Positions 15,601 through 28,100 of a stretch of DNA of 37,007 bases are shown here, piece by piece. Position 1 is the first letter of the stretch, and the number at the start of each line of letters is the position of its first letter. The notes under the pieces were generated by a model. The model saw only the letters and a list, made by a program, of their open reading frames with translations, made no database searches and was not told the DNA's origin. This DNA is from Folioceros fuciformis (lineage: Eukaryota), in assembly GCA_049999805.1 (NCBI GenBank), contig JBNGIO010006294.1, positions 263,108-300,114 of the forward strand, written 5' to 3'. The position numbers and the translations under genes are program-made.

Positions 15601-18600
15601 CACGCGTTTCTAAACCTTGGTCGAAGGCTCGAGATACCATACCACAGTCCATTTGGGAACATCTTTTTACCACCAGAGTTCGACTATGATGAGGTGCAAT
15701 GCTAGCCAAAAGATCTGAAGTACGTAGTTACACGAATGGTCCACTGACGTGCAGCTTGTTCACTGATACAGATGGAAGATCCTGCACCGTGTGAACCCGG
15801 CTGCACGTGTGATCTGCATCCATATACGTTTGACGGAATACCGGTGGAACCCAGGAAAAGGAGCAGATACGAGGAGCACTTGAATGTCATCCAGGAGCAA
15901 AGCTCATTTGGCCTGCTGAAGGCTATTCTCACTAGAAAGCGACGAGATCCGCACAAAATAAAGCATGAGCCTCAGCTGAGCCTCTCAGCTCCTACCGTGG
16001 TGGACGTTTTGAACGTGGAGCAGAGAATGGTGAAGCTTCTTCCAACACCAGGCAAGGATTGTTTGAAGCTGCGAAATTGTTCCCGCTCTCTCTATTGCCA
16101 AGGCACCCACCCATGTTCAGCCCCTCTGTTGACATTGTGTTGTTTACAATATGCTGTTCATTGTCCGTCCAGGCCGTGGACGCAGAGATTTCCCTAATCC
16201 TCCATCATACCCTTTAGAAAAGAGGGGTACATGCATGACTGCGTTGCGCAAATTCAGTAGGATTTTTTTCCCAGCTGCTCAGAGATATCGCAAGCTGGTC
16301 AGCCACTTCGCTTTCTATCTGGTTTCGAGGCAGCTGGATGTGGATGATTTGTTAGTTACCCTGCTCTAAAGATCAGCACAGTTTAATTAAACCGTTGCAT
16401 GTGGATTAAGTGGTAATTTGTTTTTGAATGTAATGGATGTCCACAGAGGCATATTGCAGACCTCCTCTTGAACAGAAAGGTAGAGACTGTTCCAACAGGA
16501 GTGGATACTGTTGAAGCTGCTGCTCTTCCCGGAGAACAGCCTGAGGAGGGACCGGTCAGTCCGGATGGCACGACTGCTTCGAAAGACGGAGACAAGGGAC
16601 AGTCACTTGCTGTCCAAGAACCTCCTCTTACAGGGGTAGACAACGGGCGAAAATCCCTTTCAAGAACTGCAGGCATTAGGGAGGATAGCAAAAGAAACTC
16701 ACTCTTTGGTGATTGTACGGCAGCCAGTGTCGATGGAACTCAGAAAGGGTCTGAGAAAACCCCTTCAACCCCAGGGAGCGATCGTGAGGAATGGCATATT
16801 CGGCCTTCAAGATTTACCCAGACAGCCCCCCTGACTGTGCTTCCTGAGGAGCTGGCGCCACTGGAGTCTGCATTTGATCAGAGAAACCTAAGGCCTCATG
16901 AGTCAGTTTTGAACTGCAGGTTTGTAGATACGTTTCCTGATGATACCTTTGGTGAGGCCTACTCAAAAGCCCGACTTGCGCTTCCCTTTGAAAGAATGCT
17001 TTATGACAAGGATGAAGACTTTGTGATATCTGTTCTGTTTGCTGAGGAAGGAGAGCACCAGTGGACTGGACACGTACCCTCTCTGGTATGCGTTTGTTAG
17101 ACCCAACATTGAGACCTGTGTGCATTCTGTGTGCTTGCTTTACTGCTCGACGTTGCTCACCTTTTCATCACTTGCATTCTTCTCAACAATCTTGGGCTGG
17201 GCAACAGATTCCCTTCGAGCGCTTCTGCTCTGATCTCACGGCTTGTGAGAGAAGAAAAGCGGATTTTGCAGCGTCTCAAAACACTTTTTGTCCACCGACA
17301 GTGTATGGGATTGAGGATACGGAAGGCAACCTCTCGGAGAAGAAGACTGTCTTCTTGGGACAAGGAGAGTCACTTGTGTGTAATGGACTACCAATGCAAA
17401 CAAAACCGGAAGCTGCGGTCTGTTACAAGCCTCAAGCAACTATGTACAAGGTTGGCATTCTGCTTGGAGCTTGGGGCCAACCAGTGGACTGGCTGTGGTT
17501 CTTGGAAACTTGGAACAGATGTTACCGACGTCGTGTAACTGTTCAAACCAACTGGTTGTTACTGCATTTGGCAGGACGGAGCAACTTTTTTGTTACGAGG
17601 AGAAAATCGAAGTGCTGAAGACTCTTTGCCGCTTGATAACAACCTAACAGCGTGCTTAAAGGATGGTTTGACAATCTGTTTCTATATCACTAAGGATGGC
17701 ACCCCGAGCATGCAGATCACACATCCCAGTGGGCAAACATTTGAGTTAACCTCTGCAGGGGTTGTACTTTGTTTTCCGACTAATGTGAAGGAGAAAGAGA
17801 AAGAGAGAGCCGAAGAAAAGGCCGCTCAAGAAGCAGCAGAGAAGGCCTTAATAGAGAAGCAACAAGCAGATCAGGCAGCAGTTGAAGCGGACCTGAAGAA
17901 AGGTGGTAAGAAGGGTGCAGATCCGAAGAAAGCAGGGAAAGGCGAAGCCAAAGTTGAAGCAAAAGCAAGAGGGGATGCCAAGGAAGCTAAAGGTGAAGCA
18001 AAGGGCAAGGATGCTAAACCTGAGAAGAAAGGAAAGGGTAAAAAGGGAGGCACAGCACCTGAACCCGACAAGCCTCCTGAGGAATCAGCAAATGCTCAGC
18101 AAGATAATAAGACTAACAACATCCGAAGCATCTCAGACATTCTTCGCAAGGAACGTGGTGAGGAGGAAGTCTGGCGATGTGTTCTTCCATCAGGAACTGT
18201 TGTCCGTTACAGGGAGAATGGGGAGTCACAGGTATCGCAAAGATGTTTTATATGGAGTTAGTGTGCTTGTAGATCAGCTTGCATCTTTCTCACGCATATA
18301 CCTATTTCCAGTAGTAACATAGAGGTCACGTTTTTTGCAGCTACTATTTGCAAATGGGAACGTTAGTGAGTCGCAGCTAAATGCAGCCCCCGCTTCAGAA
18401 GCTGTTGAAAGCACGGAGGAAGCTCAGGTGGACTCCAAGTCAGCCAAAAATTCCAAGGCAAAGGATGCTGGAAAGGATAAAGCTAAGGGCGGCGCAGAAA
18501 AGGCCGAGAAGGGTGGTAAAGGAGCCGGGGAGAAAAGCGAGAAAGGTGCGAAAGGAGGTAAAGGGGAGAAAGTCGCGGAAGTAGGAAAGGGTTCCAAAAG

Positions 18601-21600
18601 TCGTCCTACTTCTCCGTCCTCGGAGCCCTCAGCAGGTACGCCGCCATCGTCTCCAAGCATGCCAGTTATCCCAGAGTGCCAATGGACAGTGACAAACAAC
18701 AAGGGCTATTTTGTCCTTCAGGTACAACTTGAACATCGTCGCTTCGTTGCCATTTAGCCAGGTCGAATGGCATACTCATCTCTAGTGACATTTCGGCTCT
18801 TCACATACAGACTCCAGCCAAGCCACCTCCTCCTGTAGAGGACGCCGAAGGCGATCCCAGGGCGAAGCACGATACCAAGGAGAAAGGCAAAGATGGGAAC
18901 AAGGGTGCCAAGGGTCTGAATGCAGGAGCAACCGATGCTAAGAAAGATGAGAAAGGGGTAGAGAAAGGGAAAGCGGAACGTAAGGACGGTGCGAAAGGGA
19001 AGGCTGGCAAAGGTGGGGCAAAAGATGCTGAGAGTGTTCCTGAAGTGGTTCCGGAAGCAGTGCCTGTTGAGGTCCCTGCGTTTCCTCCTGAGCCACCAAA
19101 ACCAACCCTCTTAGAACTTCCCAAGAAGAAGATGGTCCAGGTGACTGATCCGGAGTCAGAGGCCTTTATAGCAGTCCGAGAGGATTTAGTGATCCTAATG
19201 CAACCGGTCGATGAAAGCTACTGCTTCGTTCAGCATGCAGACGGGACACAGATACTTTGTCAGCAAAAGGAGTTCACTCTAGAGAGGGACAAGCCGGGGC
19301 AAGTTCCTGTTGCGGTCGAGGAGCTTGAACAGGTGTACTGTCCCTTGCATAATCCTCGACCCCCTCCAGATAAGATAAGGTTTAAGGAAGATGTTGCCAG
19401 TCTAGCTGCTTCCAGACAGTCCATTGGAGCCGTTGGTTTTCTTGCAAGCCAGCAGGAGCCGTCTCCTGCAGCACAAGCTAGCGGGCCTGCAAGCCCGGCT
19501 ACAGCCAACCTGGACTCAAACAGGAGGCACTCAGATGCTGTAGGATTGAGACAAACCACTGCCGAGACTGCCACCTCAGGCTTGGATAGCATCAAATCCT
19601 CAGCTCCAGTTCCAGCTCCAGCTCTTCCAGCTGTGGGTTCTATAGGTCCAGATCCTCCGGCTGCAGTTTCTCCAGCTCCAATTGCAGACTCTGAACAGAT
19701 TAAAAAGTATCCGTTCTCAAGGAGGAAATCCACAAAATCGATCATTATGGAGCCACCTGTGATGGCAATAGACCCCACTGTGGGGAGGACATGTCCCCAC
19801 TGTCAACCGTGCTGGAAAGAGGTGATACGCGAGTTGCTCATGTGCTTTACTTGTTTCTTTTATGACGGACTTATCGTGGATGATGGTAATAAGAGTGCAA
19901 GCAGCCAATCGTATGCGCCTCTACGTGGTGTAAATCCCAAATGCATGCTTAAATCCTTCATCTGTCTCATCAGGTCTATCGTCCTCCCCCTATTAAAGTG
20001 GAGCCGCCTCCTACGACAACCGTGTGGTACATGCGAAAAGATGGTCTACCAAACATTCAGGGCAAGCTCGGGGAAGGCGTAGCCGTTCAGTTTCAGACCT
20101 TTGAAGGCCAATATTGCGCTTCATGGTCCCAGCCAACCCAGCAACTGACTCTCATATTACCAAGTGGGGTGATCTTATACACAGACGGCAAAACAGTTTG
20201 GCTAGACAACTCCAGAGGCGTAGATCAAGGCCATCCTGATGCGCTGCTGATAAAGAAAAAGCATCGTGATATAGCGATCAACACGAATGGGCTTTATGCT
20301 TTTGATCTGGTAGGTCAATCTCATGAGCTCATGTCCATTTCATGTCTGGATGATACGCTCCAACCTCACTTGTTAGAATGGAAGAGAGGAAGAGGAGACC
20401 GACAGACTGATTTGTTGTTTTAACGTCTGGGTGATTGTTAGGAGGAAGGGAGTCTCTACCACACTGACAAAGATGGAAATGGATTCGTCACTCATAAGGG
20501 ATCGCGGGTGGAGGTACTTGCGCACGGCCTGCCAGTGCCTCCACCTTCACCACCGAAACCACCTTATGTGCCAGTTGATTTTTTTGCCATCGAGGAGATG
20601 CCAGAAGTTGTGGAAGACCCGTCCGTTGTAGATCCTGAGGTACATTTTGCTATTCCTGGATTCCTTTTCCTGCGACCTCTGTCGTGTGGCTGAAATAAGG
20701 CTGTGTCCTCCTTTGCACAGTTTGCTGGACCTCTTGACGCTAAAGCAAAGGGGAAAGGACAAGGAAAAGCTGCCCCACGCCCTTCCCAGTCTACCGGTGC
20801 AAAAGACCTGGAGAAACCAGCTAACCCTCGTCAGTCTGGTCAGAAGCAAGCCGGCGGGGCATCCAGTGTTCTTGACAGTGCAAAACGTCAATCTCTGGCT
20901 TTCAAATCAGCTAATCCTGATGTGCCATCACCAGCAGCTGCAGGATCCACTACCCAACCGACAGGTATGGCCAACTTTCCGCATTCCGGCGCAGCTTGGA
21001 GAGGTATTTGTTAGCCTTCAGTTTTCCTTTCAGCCCGTCTGCTGGTCGTGTTTGGGACTTCACAATGCCTGTTTCTCTAGGTGCTGGTTTGGAACCCGTG
21101 GGACTGTTTACACCGAAGTTGCATATACCTGTCCCTCCAATACCTCCGGCCCAGATGCCCGATGATCGTGGCAGCCAATGGGGAATCAAAGGCCTGCCTG
21201 CACCCCAGCACCCAGCTGCTCCGGTTCCTGCTTCTGCTCCTGACAGTCAAGTTCCTGGGGCTGTAGCTGTTACACGTGCATCACGATCTGGCTCTGTGAT
21301 TCAGCCAGCATCTCCAGGTGAGCCTGGTCAGGGTGTCCTTGGGCTGGTGACCATCTCATTCCCGAGTAACAAGTGTAGTGTTTTTTAACGATCTGTTAGG
21401 CATCATGCTAGAGCCTGTGGTAGCTTTGGGTGGTCAGCTGGATGGAGTACCAGAGGAAGGTGAACGTGTACCTGGTGAAGGATTGACGTATGAGCTGGCT
21501 AGCAACAATGAAGTACTGGAAATGCCGCCTCCACCTGAAAACCCAAAACTTCTTGCCGCTGACGTGGGACCTCCTGCCCGGATATTTGTAGCACATGATG

Positions 21601-24600
21601 GGGGCTATGGCTTTGAGATTTGCAGTGAGAAGATATTTTCCAAGTATGTGCAAACAAGGGCAAATGACCCACTGTGTCATATTGCGAAAGAAGGGTTCTA
21701 TGGTGGAGAAGAAAGTACCACGTTCCACACCTTCATCTCTGTGAAAGACTTATTGAAGGATCCTTACGCGCCGTTTGTTCCTCTTCAAGAGAATCCCCTG
21801 CCTCCCCCGGTTCCCGTCAGTCCTTTGGTGAAAACAGAACCTCTAACCGACAAGACAACCAAAGAAGCAAAGTTAACTGTAGTACGCAGGGTAACAAAAT
21901 GCCCATGGATTGAAGTAAACTTCGAATTCCCGGTCTTGCCAAGAATTATAGCGCCCTCTAAGCCTCCCACTTTACCTTGTTGCAAGGATACATTGGTTTC
22001 ATATCGTCGCATCTGTGAATACCCGGAATTTTCTCTAGAGCAGCTCGATAGAGTGGAAAGAGCCCTGGGAGAGTACGAGAAGTGGAAGTGTGAGGTTCTG
22101 GAAAAGCCGTTGGTGGAAACTGTGGACCCGAGAACAGAAGAAGAAATAACTTTGGAAAAGGACATCTCTGAGTGCATCCGACAGGTAAACTATTCCTCTT
22201 CTGTTTGCTGGTTCGTGCCAAGTGAGCCTGCACTGATGTACTAGAATGTGATTGTGTGTTCACTTGCTAAGTTCGCTAAGCAAAGGCATTCAGTAACGCT
22301 TGACAACTTTGTAGCGTAGCAGACAGTACACTATTAAATTGACTGTAGGGTCTGGCAGAACAAAAAATATTCGAAGCCCAGCAGCTTGGAGTGATGGACA
22401 GTAGATATGCAGCTGAACTACTTCGAAGAATGAGGAATGGTGAGGCTTGGAGAATAGAACAGATGTTGAGGGAAGAAAGAGCTCTTCAAGCTAAAAGGAA
22501 AGAAGAGTTCCAGAAGTATCTCAAAAGGAAGTGCCACCCGACACTGTGCATCCATCAACCAGATCTTCTTCAGAAGACCGGACCTTATAGACCAATCCGG
22601 AATGCTATCTTGCGCTACTGGAAGTGTGAGGAAGGCTTGAGGGCGCTTCTGGATATGCTAGGGGTAAGACGCACTTTGAAAACCTTCAGCATGTTCCGTG
22701 TGCAGCCTGTGTCCGAGTTCGTATTTCATTGTAAAATGAACATGCCTCTCGAGATGCTTGGTTCTATACGTCTCATGTTCTCCTCTGTCTTGCAGGAATC
22801 AGTTGCTACACTATCTGAGGAGGAAGAGGAGGATCCTGATCAGCTCACGATGGAGGAGATTGAGATTCTAGTCAAAGCAACGAAGAAGGAAGCGATAGAA
22901 GTGTTTGAGGAGATGATGAGATTGATGGAGGTAATTCACAGTTGACGGCATTGCCTTTAGTTGGCTAAGAAGGACTTTGATATCTAAGGTTGCATCTCTT
23001 AGCTCTGGTTATCTATCCTTCAGGAGTTTCGGAAGACGGAACTATTTCCACAGGAGAAAGAGTTTGTGCCCAAGGAGCCAGAGGAGCCACCCTGCTGCTT
23101 TATTGAGTGGATGGTTCTCATCGAGAAGTATCACAGAAAGAATTATCCGGTATTCGTAGTTCACTGACAACGCCACTTTGTACTGAGAGTCTGCTCCACA
23201 TGTTTTGAGCAAAGATTTATTATGGCTGGTGGTAACCGCAGACGGCCTACGAGATAGAAGCTGCAGAACTTGAACGCCTACGAAGGGAGGAATATTTGAG
23301 AATGGCCAAACTTGAATGCGGGAAATTGTTAGAGGATATGATATCAGAAACCGAGGTGCATCCCCTGCCCCACAGCACGCACTTGACCTGCTTAAATGCT
23401 TGTCCGGGTGAGTGTGTGGCTGTCTCTGACGCAGATGTTGTCAAACTGAATCAGACCGAGTATGCTAAGCTCACGGCATATCGAAGTCCCTCGTTCCACA
23501 GCTCCGAGTACCTGAGAGACGATTTCTGGGACGAGCTCATGAGACTAGTTGCTGATCCTGCCCAACCTCCACCCCCACCAGAAGTAGAACCAACGGTATC
23601 TCCCCATTTCACCCTTGCATCTGATTTTTATGGCTCCTAGTTGAGGAAACCAACTGTGAGCTATTGGCAGTCACCTGAATCAACGGCAACCGAGGATGAT
23701 CCAAGAGGCTTGTTTAGGCGAAAGTAAGTATCTTTCCTTGTCGGATAAACACACCTTCAGCTTCGGATAGAGGGTTAAACATTCCTTTCACGCCTTGAAC
23801 AGGTGGGACACAGCTCCTTGGCATCTCAATGCAGTGTACCTAAGTGTGGAAGAGGCATTCAGGGTAATGTCATACTTCAACTCTGTGTACCTCCTACGTA
23901 AGCGGAACTTACCAAGAGACAGACCTCAACAATTCCACCTCATGCCCGGCCACATGAATTTCAGAAAAGTGAAGTTCATGAGCACTTCCCTTCAGGTGCG
24001 CATGGGAAACCGCACACAACAGGCATCTCAAAATCGTGTCCATGTCCATTCGATCTCCAATTCTCTCTATTGTCAGGTTGCCTACATCCTCAACTTTCAT
24101 GACGATATGGGACGCTTCAAGATCAGGAAGCTGGAAGAGTGCCTGAAAGTCTGCTACGAACATGGCCCGGTGTGGATTACAACCATACATGCCGTATCAC
24201 TTTCATCCGCTTCTCGGAAATTCTTTCTAAATGGCATCCGACACATCTCGTTTAGGTTGCACCTGGTATGCTGAGGAAAATTCGAGTATTTTTTAAGGCA
24301 CGAAGAGTGGGAGAGTACGCTGATGAGGTTAGCTCCCTTATTCGTCACAGCGATCTCCAGAGCTGCGTAGAAGTTGCTTGAGATTTCTGGAGCCCCTATA
24401 TGCTCTGAGGTTTTCCCTTGCAGATCGAGATCGTAACGGAGTTTGATGTATTCAAGATCCCTATAACGGCGACCGTGCTCCCTCCTGAAGAAGAGCCCCC
24501 TGATGATTTCGCCCCTTTGGAAGCCCCTCCCAGCCCGATTCCAGCGACGGTCGTCCAACCACCTGTATCTCCAACGCAGGCATTACAGCCTGCTGAGCCA

Positions 24601-24723
24601 AGAGGTCCTCCCTGGACGGATAATCTCCCGCCTCCAGAGGAAGAATGCAACGTTGTGAAGGACCTGATCTCTTGGATAGAAAGTGATACCATGGGGGAGG
24701 TTCTGATCAAAGGTCACAGGTGA
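12640..24723 (+). CDS. SPAG17: SPAG17/PF6-like flagellar central-pair projection protein, ~31 exons, ~2990 aa
   Basis: Hand model, in frame throughout (8970 nt): 12640-12804, 12908-13075, 13159-13212, 13313-13514, 13612-13700, 13801-14092, 14191-14321, 14408-14780, 14868-15316, 15424-15693, 15772-16051, 16173-16297, 16447-17085, 17208-17450, 17575-18231, 18341-18721, 18811-19821, 19974-20309, 20442-20639, 20721-20964, 21081-21317, 21400-22184, 22349-22663, 22796-22930, 23024-23149, 23242-23595, 23671-23723, 23803-23995, 24077-24169, 24256-24327, 24424-24723. SPAG17-type motifs: VTVPVILHCMIEQV, GTVVRYRENGESQLLFANGNVS, TDPESEAFIAVREDLV..QHADGTQI, ARIFVAHDGGYGFEI, and a C-terminal PapD-like domain (RFKI..YEHGPVAPGM..IEIVTEFDVFKIPITATV). 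Confidence 0.85.
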
Positions 24724-25126
24724 GGGGAGCGCCTGCTTCATTATTGTCCATTTTTGACACCACCGCATCAATCCATTGAAGCCTGCCGGTCGAATCCAAG
24801 CCCTCCCTAAACGCATTGTGACTTTTTAGACAAGTGTCCATGAGACGGCCTGAGGCCTCTTCTTGCTCACAGCCGATCGCAACCGAACGTTGAGTCGAAC
24901 TCGTCGAAATGACGGGAATGAGAGGCTTGACCCGAGTCATCTTAACCAGATACTGTGGCTACCCGAGCCCGACCCACGGTTAAGGCTCAACGGTCACTCG
25001 CTCCCAGAGATTCGTGCGACTCAAGGTGGGCTACAAATTCCTGTCTCCTCCAAAGGATCTCTGATCAGGACTGGTTGCTGGGAGGAGGTTTGACGTGCTG
25101 CGGACGGAGGGGAAATGCTTTGACGG

Positions 25127-28100
25127 ATGGAAGTGGGCAGAAAGAGCGAGCTCAGTGAGCAGCAATGGAGACGAATGGGAGAGAATAGAGCAGCAGCATT
25201 GGCCAAGAGGCAGAAAAGAAGTTGCGAGACTCTCCGGCATGTTGCTGGGCACCGTCCTCTCTTCCCCGGAAGATCTGAGGAGCTGGAAGTCCAGCATGCT
25301 CCATCAACGTCTGGGCGACAGGGAGCTGCGGGGGACCGAACATTCCAGCAGCCCAATTCGGTTGGTTACTCCACAGTATCCTATTTAGCTCGCAGAGCAA
25401 GCGCAGGGAACCTCGCAGGTGCTCGCGAATCGGAAAATGGTGGTACGGATGGGCATAACTTGGAAGTTGTGTTGGAACTATGTTCTGCTCACAATTTTGG
25501 TATTACTGGTGCGTGTGTCGGTGGCAGTCGATGTCCAGAAGGAGGCTGTGTGATGGAGCTTGGAGAAACCCTTTGCTCGGTGAGTCTATTCTGGTCATGC
25601 CTACGCGCTTTCGACCTCCTCCATCTGGAGAAGCTAATCGGTTTCTCTCTGATGATCTTGGGTTGTGGGTCTTGAAACAGTTGCAGTTAGCTCTGAATCA
25701 TGAGGGCTCCGGCAAGATGTTTGTGTTTCACGTCCAACATTACGACGCTGTTGCGAATTATTTGAAGAAATTGCCCCACGTTATTGTGAGGGACATTCCG
25801 CTCTACACTCGCATGGCCTTGAAGAGCTTCTTCAGAAAAGACAGAAAATTCGACGATGTTCCTGCTGCTGGTGACTTTGTAGCAAATGAGGTTGTTGAGA
25901 AGCAGCTGAGCCTCTTGCCAGAGAAGTTGAAGCAAAGTCTTCTCCCTTTCCAGTGGGACGGAATACGTTATGGGCTCAGGAGGAATGGTCGTTGCCTCAT
26001 TGCTGATGAAATGGGAGTCGGCAAAACCATCCAGGTCTGAATACCGTGTCTTTCAAGGAGCACGAGATATGAAGGTTCGTGATTGAAAACATTCACTGAG
26101 TGATTGTAGATTATGTGAATTCGAACAGGCAATTGCTATTGCGGCATGCTACAGAGAAGAAGGTTCCCTTCTGGTTATCTGCCCAGCTAGCTTGCGTTTG
26201 ATGTGGGCTGAAGAGCTGGAAAGGTGGCTACCTTTTCTTGCACCAACAGATATTCATCTTGGTTTGTCGTTCGCACTCACCATGGCCTCAGTTATGTCGT
26301 TCCTAGTACTGAAGTTTGGGTAGCCAAGTTAGTCGGCGAAAATTTTCCTGAATGGCTTACCGGGTACTGTTTTTTCGACCAGTGTTTGGCAGGAGGGATG
26401 AGCTCGAGGAACATGCACAGCTACCTAAAGTGGTTGTTACCTCATATACGATGCTGAAGCGTTTGGCTTCAAGTTTCCAGTCGTGCAAATGGGGTGTAGT
26501 TATAGTGGATGAGTCTCACAATCTGCGGACTTGCAAACAAAAGAACGAATGTGATGAGGTTTTGACCCTTACTCTTCTCACGATGATGAATTCTCTGAGT
26601 ATGCATAGAACTTTTCAGCTACCGCAAGGTTTGAGTGTCTGTGGATGCCCTTTCCTAGCAGACAACAGCAATTTGCAACATTGTCAAAAGGTCCCGTCGA
26701 GCAGTGCTGCTCTCTGGCACACCATCCCTCTCAAGGTGTGCAGTTTACCTTTCTGGTCTCCGGTTTACATGGAAAACATATCGCAAAGAATTTGGCAATT
26801 TATTGGATGTTGTTTGCCTTCCCATGGCATCTTGCATTTTTGCAGGCCATTCGATATCTTCAATCAGGTGGACTGTATAAGGTGACCTAGGACCTCTCAA
26901 TTTTTTTCCCATCCATTTGAAGAAGTTGTAGTAACTTGAGATGAATGGTTCTCACATGGTTTGTGCTCCTCCAGACCAGGATTGCTTGGGCGCAACAAGT
27001 ACGAGTTTGCACGTAATTACTGTGATGTACAGCAGACTTATCCGAAGGTAAAGAGAGGGCTGTTTGCTTCGCTACGCGTCTTACGCCATTCTTTGGATCT
27101 TCAATGGAAACCGACGTCGGTAGCTCTCCTGCAGGATTACTCCAAAGGGATTCGACTCTCAGAGTTAAATATACTGCTTAGGGAAACCGTCATGGTACAG
27201 TTTTCTGCTTCCCATTGCTCTAATGCTCATGCAAAGCAGCATCTGTTGGGCTTGTTCATAGTCAAGTGCGCACTCGTATTGATGACAATGTCGGTGCATT
27301 GTGTAGGTGAGGAGACTAAAGGCAGAAGTGTTAAGCGAGCTTCCTGCCAAGAGAAGGCAAATCATCAGCCTGAGGTTGACAAAGGACGACATCACGGAGG
27401 GTAGGAAGTCACTAAATTCTCTTCATGGCAATATTCCTCCCCATGGAGATGAATCTTGCCCCTGTGGCTTCTGCGAGAAGGGAAATTGTGATTGTGAGGA
27501 TGAAGAGCATCAAGATGAGAAGTTGCAGGAAGAAGGTACCATATGGTGTCACTGGCTCCGGACTATGTCATTAGCAGTGGACTTGCAGTAGGACAGTACC
27601 GCTGCAACTGGCCAAATTCACTCCTGGGCCCATATGATGCTTGCAGACAATGAAGAGGACCACAACTCTGCTCGAAGGCTGAAACATCAGGAAATTGGTG
27701 TGGCAAAACTGAACGGTGTTAAAGATTGGCTGCTGAACAACCCGATTTTTCTCTCCTGCGACACAGAACTGCAAAGTCGAGACGTTGAGGTGAAGGACAT
27801 GAAAATGGTTATATTTGGTCACCATCGTGCTGTTTTGGATTCGATTCAGGTCAGTAAAATGTCCCCAACCTTGCACCTGACATTCTGGTGACATACGTTA
27901 CACTCTGACCTTGGTCCAGCCTCTTCACCTTCATGCAGGAGGCTGTGATACTGAGAAAGGTCGGTTTTATACGCGTTGATGGGGCAACTCCAGCTCATGA
28001 TCGCCAAATGGCTGTAAATCTGTTCCAGAACAAGCCTGAGGTTGTGACCACAGCATAGGGTAGTAGTACTCCTCGAGCTTGATAAATTCGGTGTTGGTCA

